Of a DNA stretch of 64,000 nt, positions 1-12,625 are shown one piece after another. Position 1 is the stretch's first letter. The number at the start of each line of letters is the position of its first letter. Under the pieces are notes generated by a model that saw nothing but the letters and a program-made list of their open reading frames with translations, searched no databases and had not been told where the DNA came from. A program made the position numbers and the translations under genes. Source of the DNA: Octopus bimaculoides (taxonomy: Eukaryota); contig NC_068993.1 of the NCBI RefSeq assembly GCF_001194135.2, positions 25,827,920 through 25,891,919 on the forward strand, written 5' to 3'.

Positions 1-57
<57 letters not shown>

Positions 58-841
58 CACACAGTAATAACAAAACTCCATACATATACATTTGTATGTG
101 TGTGTAACTGATAAACTAAATACAATTCGTGATAAAATGTGGCAGTTTTATTTTGAGTGCTGTTCACTTGCTTTGCCACCTCTGACTGTCACTCACTCCC
201 ACTCCATTTGTTGTTTTACTTTTCTTTCCCTAGCATGACCACGGAGACACACATTGCCCTTTATTATGAGATAATAAGAAATACATCCCCTTATGCAAGA
301 CCTTCTTCAGTTAATACATAGTTTGTTGTATCTAGTTCAAGTTGAAAATTCTAGTACCATGCATCGTTTTGCTTAGAAACAAAATGAGATTTCGCTCAAA
401 ACATGTAATACATACATGCATGCATTCATACATACGTATGTACATACAAACAAACAAACAAAATGAGTAAGGTATATCATTTCCTGATGCTCCAGTCAAT
501 CTGCTCAGTTGTGGATGAGTACTTATAGGCTGCTGTTGCAGCCCTCTCTTCCTGTCTGTTGTCACATCCTCAATGCTTTGCTAGGTCAAAGGTGAGAAGG
601 GGGACTGAGAGGGTGTTTTGTCTGCTCATAATTAGATAGGTACTGCAAACAATTATTACAAGACTGGTACATAATTACAAAGCCATACCCACTTCTGAGT
701 CAGGATTGACTGGGCATTTCTTATGGAAGATTTTTATTGCTGGGGCTGAAGGAAGGGGCAGTTGCCATCATAACCTTTGCAGAACCATGAAGACCAGTGA
801 GACTGATGATGACATTAATGTTCTGTTTAAATCATTGCGGA

Positions 842-887
842 TCCTGCTCATGTCTTTTCTTCAAGCGCAGAAAAGACATGAGCAGGA
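842..887. repeat. perfect 19-bp inverted repeat with 8-nt loop
   Basis: tcctgctcatgtcttttct (842-860) / tcaagcgc / agaaaagacatgagcagga (869-887). Confidence 0.95.
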
Positions 888-1150
888 AGGAGAATCCAGA
901 GGGCCAATGTCCTAGGGTGGAAATATTGGGTATAGTGATTTGTGTGGGAAGCAGTTGGGGTTGGATATAATTAAGGTGATAAAAAGAGGAGAGATGAGTA
1001 GTTTGTAGTTTGAGAGTATCTGAACAGAGGAGTCAACTCCAAGGAATGTAGACCATTACAGTAGGTGTAGAAAAGGGTAAAGAGAAACGACAGCATGCTT
1101 GTAGACCAAGACAAGCTTGTGTCTGTAACTGATTTTATACCGAGAGTTGA
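865..1150 (-). mobile_element. CR1/L2-group LINE 3' remnant
   Basis: Minus-strand LFYTYCNGLHSLEL and FHPRTLALWILLPAHVFS resemble the conserved C-terminus (LFYRYxNGxCSxEL ... FFPRTxxLWNxLPAHVFP) of CR1/L2-like ORF2. Confidence 0.55.
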
Positions 1151-1227
1151 GTGGCCTTTTCTGAATGTGGTCCTGGACGTCTGTGTGTGTAGCAGCAACC
1201 CAGCAGTGGGAGCAAATATTTTGAGAG

Positions 1228-1275
<48 letters not shown>

Positions 1276-2995
1276 TGTGTGTGTGTATGCATGTGTGTGT
1301 GTGCACACACACGTGCATGCATGTGTCTGCCTGCTGAAGGCATGTGCATACATATGTTCTCTTATATTTTTTATTATTTGAAGTCTTCTTATAAGGAAAG
1401 AGTTTTTTGACAAAAATACTAAACTCTATCATTGGAAAGTAAATTACCAAAACAATGTCACATGTTGATGCATGGATGGATGGATGCATACATGCATGCA
1501 TCTATGTATGTATGTGTGTATTTATGTATGTGTCATTCAGGTATATGTCTACAAATGGTGTCATGTAATCTAATAATACCTGTTTCATAGTTTGACCATC
1601 AACTAGTAAACCAGCAACTCCCCAAGAAGATCTTTTTTCAATGTGAAGAAGTTGCATGAACAGAATATATACAGGGCCAAAAACAAAATCTATCAAAAGT
1701 AGAAAAGAACCTCTAGTAGATCCATGGTCATGTTTGCTTCAAATTGCCAAAGACATTTTGCCATTGCACTTGAGTGTGGAGCAGCCAAGTCAGTCAATCT
1801 TTGGAAGGATCCATTAATTTCACTGCATTTTCCCTGGTTGTGATATAGTAGGACAGGTAGATCAAGTTTGTATCTTTCTCACTTTAACTTGAGATGTTTT
1901 CTCTTCCAGTTTTTTTAAAATTCTTCTGTGCACACTTTTATGCAAACAATTACTTCCAAAAAATGCAATGAATTCAGTGCATGCTACATTATCGATATTG
2001 TAATCAGCTCAGGTACTTTTTTAGTTAGCTCTGTGAGCAACCATCATGATCTTCATTCCCTTCAGTCTGACCTTTCCATCTCCAATTTTAGTATAAGTAA
2101 GGTTTTGAACTGTTTCAAACCATGAACACATGGTAGACCTTTTGCAGTGCTCAGAGTATGAAGTGTATTTTGCTTTATTGAAATAATCAGAAAGAAATAG
2201 TTAGTGAATGTTAAAAACTCTATGATCAAATTAATAGAAGAAAATTTAACTAAATAAATGTCTAAAGTTATTTGAATTCCTTTTACTAATGAAACCAAAC
2301 TGACAAATGTCTTCTATTGTAGCCTTGGATTGATTAACGATTTACAAGTGGAATTGGTTAATGGAATGTAAGAAGCCCATCATATGGATATGTGTATGTG
2401 TGTAAGAGAATACTGTTTTATGTGCTGTGATTAAAACCGTTGGAATGAAAAAAAAATGTTATAATTTCTGGCAAACAAAAGCCTTATAGTTTTGACTTCC
2501 TGTGTATAAGGACCTGTGGAATCAAAGAAAAATTAAATAAGCAGGTAAACAAAAGGATAGGGGTGTAGAAAATCTGCTTTAATCAGTTTTGTTTGTCCCA
2601 TAAAGAATGGAAAAATAGACATAAACCAGACAAGCAGAAACAAGCCAACTGAGCCTCTTGAAGAAATAACAACTACATCCTTCTCAAACCCCACTCAATC
2701 ATTTTAAGAAAAAGAAAGAACACATACTGTAATCCAAGTTACAATATGCTAAGAAATAAACAAAATGATCTTAGCTGAAAATTTTTAAATGATAGGTTGG
2801 TTCAACCAGGACTGACTTTTGGATAAACAATAACAACTTCACTTAAATGGAGATTTGTTTGCAATCAAACTAAAATCAATGATTATTGTTTTTCAGATTT
2901 TGCATCTTGAAACAATACACTGTAAGAAAACTAGAAAATTTGATTATTTGGGTCAAATTATCAACGAATTTTCTGGAGGGAAATTTTATTTTTAC

Positions 2996-3154
2996 CTTCA
3001 CATGTAACAGCCTTCCCAGGATTTCCTGCAAAACCGTTATTGCAAATGCATTCATCAACTGATAGATGAGGTGAACCTTCAGCAATGTAAGAATGTTTAG
3101 GGCAGCTGGTGCAAGACTTCTTGGCAGAATTAAAGTAGGTGTTTTCTGTACAAA
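2996..3154 (-). CDS. GCC2/GCC3 (Ephrin_rec_like) Cys-rich exon 6 (frame not shown in ORF track)
   Basis: cttatttgcag|TT TGT ACA GAA ... TGT GAA G|gtaaaa; 159 nt, phase 1-1; joins the T of exon 5 to give F-CTENTYFNSAKKSCTSCPKHSYIAEGSPHLSVDECICNNGFAGNPGKAVTCE, with the CxxxTY..CxxCP..S..xCxCxxG[FY] pattern of the SVEP1/SCUBE-type module. Confidence 0.9.
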
Positions 3155-4762
3155 CTGCAAATAAGAGTTAAGAATGAGATGATGTGAAAAACAAATACTA
3201 GCTTATTATAAAACTTATGTGTTGTGAAAACTTGTAATTGTGCCTAGCTAGAGATAATGTAGGAAAATGTGTCTAGCAATAAAGTAATGTTGTGGGAAAT
3301 TGTAAGAACAGAGTGGAGAAATATTTTATGATAAAAACATTGACAAGTATCATCACAATAGTGTGGCAGCTGGACCAAGCAAGAAGGTAGTATTCCTGAA
3401 TATATGAACCAGCAAAAATATAATTGTAACAACTGCACTAACAACTTTATGATATTAAATAAAATAGTTGCGAGAAGTAAGCAAAGTAACTGTGAAACCG
3501 ACTGCAGTAACTAATATCTAGACCAGGCAACTATATTATATTAAAGCAACTAATGACCATAACTGGCTGAGTCACAAAACATTGTGCTACTAATAATCAA
3601 AGTTGAAGTAAGTAATGAGATTCTGTTGAAGTAAACAATGTCTATAAAAGAGATAAGAAATAACTATAATACTGTCTTGTTTCAGTGTAGCCACTACTTC
3701 AATCCCAACATGATTTGTAGTTTCTTAAGAAAAACATGAAAGGGTGAGAGGGGAAACAATAAAACTAAAACAATAACAAAATCTATTTGAAGACTAAATT
3801 TATTGATACTTAAGCTGGCTTACTGTCTACCTTTGTTCAAATAATAATAATTATCAAGTTTTTTTTACTGCAAAGACATGGTAAAAAACCATTAACTCAC
3901 TAAAGAAACAAAGTAAGAGGCATCTGGATTTCATTTAAAGATGTTTGCTAAATCTTGTATGCTTACTGTCTGTTGAGTGTAATAATCAAAAATTATTATA
4001 GGTGCCTAAATTGGTCATTTTAACAGGCATCAAAAAGACCATGATGTATCACTGCTAATGATTAGTACAAGCAAAAACAGATAAATTTCTTGTATGTGTT
4101 GTGTATGTAGGAAATATTGCTTTTTTTCTGAAAATCTTTTAAAAAAAAGTTGTATCAACAGTATGGAGAAAAGTTTGCTGAAGCTAAGTAGAATATTTGT
4201 TGACTTTTGAATCTCACAATAAATTCAACAAACCTTACCATAATTGATCAAAATATCTTAGAAATATCACAAAAGCCAAGAACATTTGTTAAAAAATTGA
4301 TCTTATTTCACCTAATAAAGAAGTAATAGATTCTTTTCTATTAAGGAGAGTTAAATTCTCTTCAATCTCTTTCAAAACACAGTTTAATTGGCACAGCACA
4401 CAACATCTCATTTTTTTAGAGCAGTGAAGTTAAGTAATAGGAAAATTGGATACTCAGCCAGGTGCTGTTTACGTTAACCAAGTGGAGGGAAAATTCTATT
4501 AGATGGTAAAAATATAGAAGAACCCCACTATGGACCAAATAATTTACAGTTACATATCTTCTAGTTTGAAACTCTTCCCAGCACTAACAGTTATAAGAAT
4601 TGTTTTTTTTTTTTTGTTTTTTTTTCAAACCAAATACTTTTTTTCATATCAGGCAATCACCAACAATTTGCAGGTTTTGAAATTGTAGCTTTGAGGTCAA
4701 TAGTCCAGCACTGTGATAAACTGGTCAAACATTGTTTCATAACAGAGTAATAAAATACTTAC

Positions 4763-4888
4763 ATTGACAAGTCTTGCCATCTTCAGATAAAACTTTTCCA
4801 AATGTTTCACACAGACACTTGAAAGACCCAATGGTGTTGATACATTTCTCATCACATCCTCCTTTGTTGTTTTCACACTCATCAACAT
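4763..4888 (-). CDS. cbEGF exon 5 (frame not shown in ORF track)
   Basis: aaattcttcag|AT GTT GAT GAG TGT ... TGT CAA T|gtaagt; 126 nt, phase 1-1; DVDECENNKGGCDEKCINTIGSFKCLCETFGKVLSEDGKTCQ. Confidence 0.95.
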
Positions 4889-5496
4889 CTGAAGAATTTC
4901 CAAAGAGAATATGGTCTCATGAACAAAAGACAGAATCTGGCACAAAAAACAATCATACACACAATGCTATGTTCAAAATATTTCATCATTATATTTTATT
5001 ATGAAAGCTTGTATTATTAACACAAACCAATTTTTGCTTTATTTGTTATATAATATCAACACCTTATCATTTCATACTGGCCTCACTGTTCTACAATATC
5101 TCTGCTGTAAATATAAATCTAATACATAAGCAAGCAATATGTATGAGTTTTTTTAGATGCACTGATGAATATGGTTGACTAACATCAACCACACGAAGAA
5201 ACAGCGGTTTGCTGATATACAATTACATCATCATCATTGTCATCATCATCATCATTTTATATTCATTTTCCCCATGTTTGCATGGATTGAAAGGGTCTTC
5301 TCTAGTAGAGCAGCTTGTCCCTTGGTGCAGGCCCTTATCTCCTTCAGGAGGTTCAGCTTTCTCCACTTCTGTTTTTTTTGGCCTTTCACTTCAACAAGTT
5401 CCTTCCACATGGAACACCCTAGTACTAATGTGTGTGTATGGGAGAGAGAGAGAGAGAGAGAAAGAGTATGTGTGTGAGAGAGAGAGAGAAAGAGTA

Positions 5497-5551
<55 letters not shown>

Positions 5552-5877
5552 GTGTGTACATGTGTTTTCTATACCAAAATTATTCCCAGACACCAACTGC
5601 ATGAAATAAAAAATCTAACTAGAAATAATTATGGTGTGTATGGGGGTAGGTGTGTGGAACAATATTAGTCAATGACGAATATTATTTTACTTAATCTAGG
5701 TAGATTTAAAAAATTCTTTCTATAGTACTATGTTAATACAAATTAAATTACCACTTTTGTGTCAGTAGACTCTAAACAATATTAGTTTTCTACATTAATA
5801 AGTATATGTTCTTGCACATTTATCAAAAGATTCTCATATTACTACATTGACATGTACTGATACATAATCGACGTTTG

Positions 5878-6792
5878 TCCCAAATTTTGGCACAAGGCTA
5901 GGAATTTTGGAGGATCGGGTAAGTCAATTACATTAACCCCAGTACTCACTGGTTACTTATTTTATTGACCCTGAAAAGGATGAAAGGCAAAGTTAACCTT
6001 GGCAAAATTTGAACACAGAACATAAATGCAGACAAAATGCCATTATGCATTTTTCCCAGTGTGCTAATGGTTCTTTCAGCTCACCACCTTATGAAAGAAT
6101 CATAATCAACATTGAAGCATATTCACAGACATCTCTCATACTTAGCAAACTAATTAAAATAATTATTGTCATAAGAATTTTATAAATTTTCTAGAGAATG
6201 TGAAATAATTCTTTTTTAGAACAGTGGATCTTGAAGCACACATAAGGGCCAGCAATTTTGGGAGAGGGGATAAGTTGATTACATTGACTCAAGTGTTCAA
6301 CTTGTACTTATTTTATCGACCTTAAAAGGATGAAAGGTAAAGTTGACCTCGGCAGAATTTGAATTTAGAATGTAAAAATGCTTTGAAGCACTTTGCCTGG
6401 CTTGCTAACAATTCTGTCAACTTGCAGCTTTTATAAAGCATGCAAATTTTGGGTTGATACCCCTTTCTGAACAGAAAAAGTCAAACGACAAACTTGCATC
6501 TCCTGTTGACATGCTTTTATTTATAGCTTTATGTATGCTTTAAGATCTACTGTTTCGAAAAAGAATTAGAATAATATTCTTTCCTACTCTAGGCACAAGG
6601 CCCAAAATTTTAGGGAAGGGGGCCAGTCAATGAGATTGACCCCAGTATGCAACTGGTACTTAATTTATCACCCCCAAAAGGATAAAAGGCAAAGTCGACC
6701 TTGTCAGAATTTGAACTCAGAACGAAAAGACAGACGAAATACTGCTAAGTATTTTACCCAACGAACTAACATTTTTGCCAGCATGCCACCTT
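5878..6792 (-). mobile_element. three same-orientation copies of tRNA-derived SINE family A (5878-6090, 6241-6430, 6579-6792)
   Basis: Head aaggcrgygagctggcagaa..gagttcaaattc; core gcctttcatcctttcggggtcgataaattaagtaccag (Meta-domain-like). The third copy has a 17-bp TSD agaattagaataatatt (6562-6578 / 6793-6809). Confidence 0.85.
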
Positions 6793-7064
6793 AGAATTAG
6801 AATAATATTAGTCCATGAATAATAGTTTTCTTCTCACTACATAATGATTTCTTATAGTTATATTTTTAAAATTTAATGCCTTCTGTCTATGAACAATAAC
6901 ATCATTAGTTGTAGCTCACAGGGAACCACTCACTGGTTCACACCACATCTCACAGTTTCTGTCTACCCAATTTTTTATGTGACATTGGTTAAACCAAGAC
7001 AATACTAAGGTGCCATACAATAAAATCAAACTCATAACCATACAGTTTATACCATAACCCTCCT

Positions 7065-7320
7065 ATCATCATCATCATCACTGTTGTCGTCATTATCATC
7101 ATCGCTTAATGTCTGTTTCCATGCTCACCTGGGTTGAATGGTTTGACAGGCGCTGGCAAGCCAGAAGGCTGCCTTGGGCTCCATTTGTCTGGCATGGTTT
7201 TTATAGCTGGATGCCTTTCTTCATACCAACCACTTTACAGAGTGTGCTGTGTGCTTTTTATGTAGCACCAGCACAGGTACTTTTTACGTGGCACCAGCAC
7301 CTGTGAAGTTATGAAGTAGC
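7065..7320 (-). mobile_element. SINE family C with RTE-type 3' tail
   Basis: (cat)n then gcttaatgtctgtttccatgc...ggttgaatggtttgac; the same tail ends the RTE LINE at 28137. Confidence 0.7.
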
Positions 7321-8825
7321 TTGCAAACCAAAGATCACTCAGCTAAGGGAAGGAGTGGAACAGAGGGAAGTGGCTGTGTGTCAGGCAAGAGGCCAGAGTA
7401 TAATAGAGGGACAAAGATAGTTGTTTTACTATAGAGGAGATACTTGGCTAACACAGTAGGACAAGGAAAGAGAGGAAGGTGGGAGAGAGTTAAGGTGAAA
7501 GATAGAAAGAAATAGATGGTGTTGGAGATGTATTGGAACCTACTCACAGGGAACAGTGATAAGTGGTAAGGAAGGGATAGAGAGGGATGTTCCAAAAGAG
7601 TGTGAGGGGAGATGTTTAGAGATCAGAGAGACATGAATAACAAGTGATGATGAGAGAAATTGGAGTGAGTGAGAATGGGGAATGGTAAATATGTGAGGGC
7701 ATGGAGAGTGTGCAGAGAGGTACATGAGGGAGAGTGGAGGAGCCTGCAGCAGGTGAGGTGCATGGGGGAGAGGGATGCAGTGGGTGGAGGAGGATGGGCT
7801 GTAGGGGAGTTTTGCCAGTGGACAGATAATGTGTGTGGTGGAAGGGGGTTATGGCCATAAAGGACATGCTTGTATGTATTGGATGGCCACAATTTTACTT
7901 AGCTTGATGTGTCTTCTCAAGCACAGCAAATTGACAGAAGTTTTAGTCCCTTATCATCTTCTACGTAAGTATATATAAAATATTCATAACAAACAGGAGT
8001 AAAAGAACTCAATTTGAGTGGAGGAGTATAATCATATTTATTTGGCTGACACCCTATGTTAACATTCAGTTTCTTGATTTCTGTTAGATATAAAAGGCTT
8101 ATCTGTATTAAAAACAAAAACAACTGACACCAGGATTTTGGTTAACATTGGCCATGTGAGACATAAAGGTAGTAAATCACAACTGAATGCATAGGAAAAC
8201 TCTTGAATCAAAGATCAATGAGACCAAAACTTCAAACAGGACTCAATGTTTTAAAGATAACTGTAAAGTGCTTAGCTATATTTTACAGTTTCAATGCTCT
8301 AGAGAAGAAACTCTGCTTTTGTTAATTCAGTGGTTCTTCTAAAACTGAACATTTTGAATCTGTGAATGTTTTTAAGATATTTTAGAATATTTGTGATTTA
8401 GATATTTGGAATGAATTTGAACTAAAACAGCTAAAATAATTTCTCCACAAAACATGATGTCAAAGAATTGTTGGTAGATAGAATAAGCAAAGAACACCAT
8501 TTCGTATTAAGTGAACATGCATATTCATAAACACTTATATGATAAATATACAAATGCATAACAAACTAACTGAATGATTAAATGGATTTCTGAATAAATA
8601 AATGAAATAGGCACCTAATTTAAACAAAGTAATAGGTTATAGTAAATTAGAAATGTGCAAAAATAAATACAGTCTAAGAGAAATACATTCACACATCTGC
8701 CTTTAAACATAGGTAAACACTCAAGTAGCATATGCACGAATATATTTGAACACTAAAATCCTGTATAATCTAATACATCCATTAATAAGCAGACATATAC
8801 ACATGAACTTTTACATACATATATG

Positions 8826-8863
<38 letters not shown>

Positions 8864-9968
8864 CATATGCATACACCTGTACATATTTATATAAATATCC
8901 ATACACCCAGACATGCAAGCTCCCTTCACACACATGTACACTGAACATGCACACAGCTATATATACACTTACATGTACATACATTTATAGATAAATGTGA
9001 TTCTGTATCTCTCTACATTCTGATGTAAGCTCTCTATATAGAGAGAGATTAAATCCCTCTAAATATAAATCTTAGAATAATGCTTATTTCCATAACAATT
9101 GAATTGTTCACCTTTTCAAAGAAGAAAGTTTAATTAAATGGGGCAGAGCCATCTGAACTTCAACCATTTTTGCACCAAAAATTTTCTATATAGATGTTCA
9201 TGTAGACTAAGGAGTTACAATATAGATCTATGCGTATATTTATGAAAATACTTATATAGCTACCATTTGTCTGGATGCTTGAAGCTACATGTAAATAAAG
9301 AGATGGACAGACAAGTGGATAGACAAACAGAGAGATTGATAGTTCGGGATATATATTGCCCTTCTTCACTCACATTTTACATTGATCACCCTCCTGTGTT
9401 ACCAAATTATTTCTCCTCATCCACTCTTTCCATGCATTATGTCTGCTTCCCCATTCACTTTCAAGCAACCTACCCAGCCGAACATTATCTCACTTTCTTT
9501 TGTCCTTCCTCTATCTACTATGTTGTTGTTTATTATTATTATTATCATTATTATTATCATCATCATCATTATTATTATTATTATTATATTCTACACTTTT
9601 TCTGAACCGTCAATTATCACCAACTCTTCCCTACTTTCTCCCAACTCGTATATCATTGATTAGCCTTCTGCCATTCACAAATTCCACCTCTCAATTCCAC
9701 CCAATCTCTACAGTCTTCATCTACTCTTCCATACCTTCCTTCCTTCCTTTCTATTTATCCCCAATCACTCTTCAACACTTTATCTTCATAGTATTCACTC
9801 ACCTCAACCATTTCTCACCTCTAAACAGCCCACTCCACCCTCCTACACTCTTACAACCTTTACAGACCCAAAAATGATGATTTCAAAATTTATAAGAAAC
9901 ATAACTAATCATGTAAATACCATTATTTAAATAAATGTGCATATATATATGTGTGTGTGTGTGTGTGT

Positions 9969-10763
9969 ACTAAATTCAAGTTCAATAGGATATTTAAATA
10001 CCACTTGCTATAAACAGAGCCATCACTCCAAAACCACAAATTACTCACTATTAAAATACACATGGCCAATGTAATAAGCATAACAGAAACAGGCTTACCT
10101 TGCGTGGAATACAGAAGTAAGGAATGTGTATATTTCAGGATCAATTGATTTCACTTTCTGTATGAAAAATCATACTTTAAGCTCATCAGCTGAGCATAAC
10201 ACTGTAACATCTATTTCTGAAATATTCGAAATATTCATCACATTACGCCATGTGTGTTCTTTACTTTTGAATGTCCTCTGTTTATAGCAAGAGATATTTA
10301 AATACCATATTGAATTTGAATTTAGTTATATTTTTCCTGTAAAGGTGTAGACTTGCTAGCCACTTTATTATTATCATTATTATTATTATTATTATTAATG
10401 GTAATAATACTTATTTAATTTAAATTTATATTGGCTCATGATAAGTTCATTTTAAATGTTGCAGGGACATTCAAAAGTAAAGAACACACACAGCGTAATG
10501 TGATGAATATTTCAGAAATAGATGTTACATTGTTATGCTCAGCTGATGAGCTTAAAGTATGATTTTTCATACAGAAAATTCAATCAATTGATCCTGAAAT
10601 ATACACATTCCTTACTTCTGTATTCCACGCAAGGTAAGCCTGTTTCTGTTAGATTTGTTGCATTAGCCATTAGTATTTTAATTGTGAGTAATTTGTGGTT
10701 TTGGAGTGATGGCCCTGTTTATAGCAAGTGGTATTTAAATATCCTATTGAACTTGAATTTAGT
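9969..10763. repeat. ~300-bp inverted duplication (arms 9969-10276 and 10465-10763)
   Basis: Arms are reverse complements with about 16 substitutions and one 9-nt indel (gaaatattc duplicated in the left arm) by manual alignment. Confidence 0.95.
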
Positions 10764-10850
10764 TTATATTTTATCTGTAAAGGTGTAAACTTGCTAGCCA
10801 CTTTATTATTATCATTATTATTATTAATAACAGCAATAATACTTATTTAA
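10278..10850. repeat. ~140-bp direct duplication (10278-10418 and 10715-10850) nested with the inverted repeat
   Basis: Both copies read ctgtttatagcaag...aaaggtgtaracttgctagccactttattattatcatt...acttatttaa. Confidence 0.9.
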
Positions 10851-10869
10851 TATATATATATATATACAC

Positions 10870-11770
10870 ACAAGGGGGTTCCCGAAAATAACTGGAAACG
10901 TTCACTGTGGGACAAGCCTGTTGTAGTTCAGGCTTCTGCTTCTAGAAGCCACTTGATGCAACCTTCAGGCATCAGTTTGCTGACCAGCATCGTACAGTGA
11001 AGTCGTATTGCCACATGGTGCAGTGTTTTGCAGTGATTGTCACCTGTTTGTCAATTTTTGCAACGGATAAAATGAAGAAACAGCATGCTTTCATGAAATT
11101 CTGTTTTCTGGTGGGGAAATCAGCAGCTGAAACAGTTGTCATCTTCAAACAGCTTACAAGGACACTGCCATGAGCAAAACACAAGTTTATGAGTGGTTTT
11201 CACGTTTTAGGAATGGTCACTTGTTGCTTGAAGACCAATTTCATTCAGAACAACTATCAACCTCCTGAACGAATGAAAACAGGAAAATTCATGAAGTGAT
11301 ATTTGAGGAGAGTCACCAAACAATTGATAAACTTGTTGATATGATTGTTGTGTCCTGGAGCTCTTCTCAATGAATTTTGAGCAAGGAATTGTGAATGAAA
11401 AGAGTTGCAGCAACATTTATTCTTTGTTTGCTCATGGAAGATCAAAAGCAGTCATGACTGAATGCATGTCCTGAACTGAAAGAACAATTGGAAGTTGATC
11501 CGGACCTTTTTCCAAAGCTCATCACTGGTGACGAAAGCTGGTGCTATGGAATTCGCAAATGTAGAAGAGGTGAAGAAGAAAAACGGCAGAAGTGTTAAAA
11601 GGCGTCACTTTGCAAGAGTTCCAGGACTGCTTCGAAACAGTGGAAAAAAACATGCCTGGACTGATGCACTGCTTCAAATGGAGAATACTTTGAAGGTGAT
11701 AAAAGTGTAAACATGTAAAACTAAGTGAATAAAATAACATTGCAATATTTCTTTTGGGTACCCGCTCGTG
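10870..11770 (+). mobile_element. mariner element, internally deleted, non-autonomous
   Basis: Decayed frame MKKQHAFMKFCFLVGKSAAETV..MSKTQVYEWFSRFRNG..MKRVAATFI..LITGDESWCYG jumps to FANVEEVKKK..NGEYFEGD; degenerate TIRs (gggggttcccgaaaa / ttttgggtacccgctcgtg) in TA-rich flanks. Confidence 0.9.
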
Positions 11771-11807
11771 TATATATATATATACATACATACATATATA
11801 TATCATC

Positions 11808-11938
11808 ATCATCATCATCATCATCATCGTTTAACGTCCGCTTTCCATGCTAGCATGGGTTGGACGATTTGACTGAGGACTGGTGAAACCAGATGGCAAC
11901 ACCAGGCTCCAATCTAATTTGGCAGAGTTTCTACAGCT
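11808..11938 (-). mobile_element. SINE family C 3' part, cut by assembly gap
   Basis: (cat)n-cgtttaacgtccgctttccatgctagcatgggttggacg; reverse complement of the 3' end of the copy at 13826-14200. Confidence 0.8.
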
Positions 11939-12415
11939 NNNNNNNNNNNNNNNNNNNNNNNNNNNNNNNNNNNNNNNNNNNNNNNNNNNNNNNNNNNNNN
12001 NNNNNNNNNNNNNNNNNNNNNNNNNNNNNNNNNNNNNNNNNNNNNNNNNNNNNNNNNNNNNNNNNNNNNNNNNNNNNNNNNNNNNNNNNNNNNNNNNNNN
12101 NNNNNNNNNNNNNNNNNNNNNNNNNNNNNNNNNNNNNNNNNNNNNNNNNNNNNNNNNNNNNNNNNNNNNNNNNNNNNNNNNNNNNNNNNNNNNNNNNNNN
12201 NNNNNNNNNNNNNNNNNNNNNNNNNNNNNNNNNNNNNNNNNNNNNNNNNNNNNNNNNNNNNNNNNNNNNNNNNNNNNNNNNNNNNNNNNNNNNNNNNNNN
12301 NNNNNNNNNNNNNNNNNNNNNNNNNNNNNNNNNNNNNNNNNNNNNNNNNNNNNNNNNNNNNNNNNNNNNNNNNNNNNNNNNNNNNNNNNNNNNNNNNNNN
12401 NNNNNNNNNNNNNNN
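11939..12415. other. assembly gap (others: 14881-15074, 24065-24712, 32198-32210, 48306-48315, 52576-52707, 61340-61349, 62344-62453)
   Basis: N runs, mostly bordered by microsatellites; could hide further short exons. Confidence 1.
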
Positions 12416-12562
12416 TTAGTGGAATGAATCAACCCCTCTACTTTACCTTTTTTAAAGTCTGATACTTATTCTATCAGTTTATTTTGCTGAACTGCTAAGC
12501 TACAGCAACATAAATAAATCAATACTAGTTGTCATGCAGTTGTGGGGACAAACACATACACA

Positions 12563-12610
<48 letters not shown>

Positions 12611-12625
12611 GACAAATCACAAATC

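Noticed and set aside
1700-2130. Possible decayed hAT or pogo transposase on the minus strand (LPVLLYHNQGK..)
   Set aside because: Similarity too weak to assign by eye; needs tBLASTx against Repbase.
10540-10582. Hammerhead-like CUGAUGA..stem..GAAA
   Set aside because: Seven extra nucleotides between CUGAUGA and the stem, and no stem I/III; does not fit the core.
10500-10600. Box C/D snoRNA-like motifs (GTGATGA..CTGA..CTGA)
   Set aside because: No convincing terminal stem or rRNA/snRNA guide; would need a snoscan/Infernal hit.
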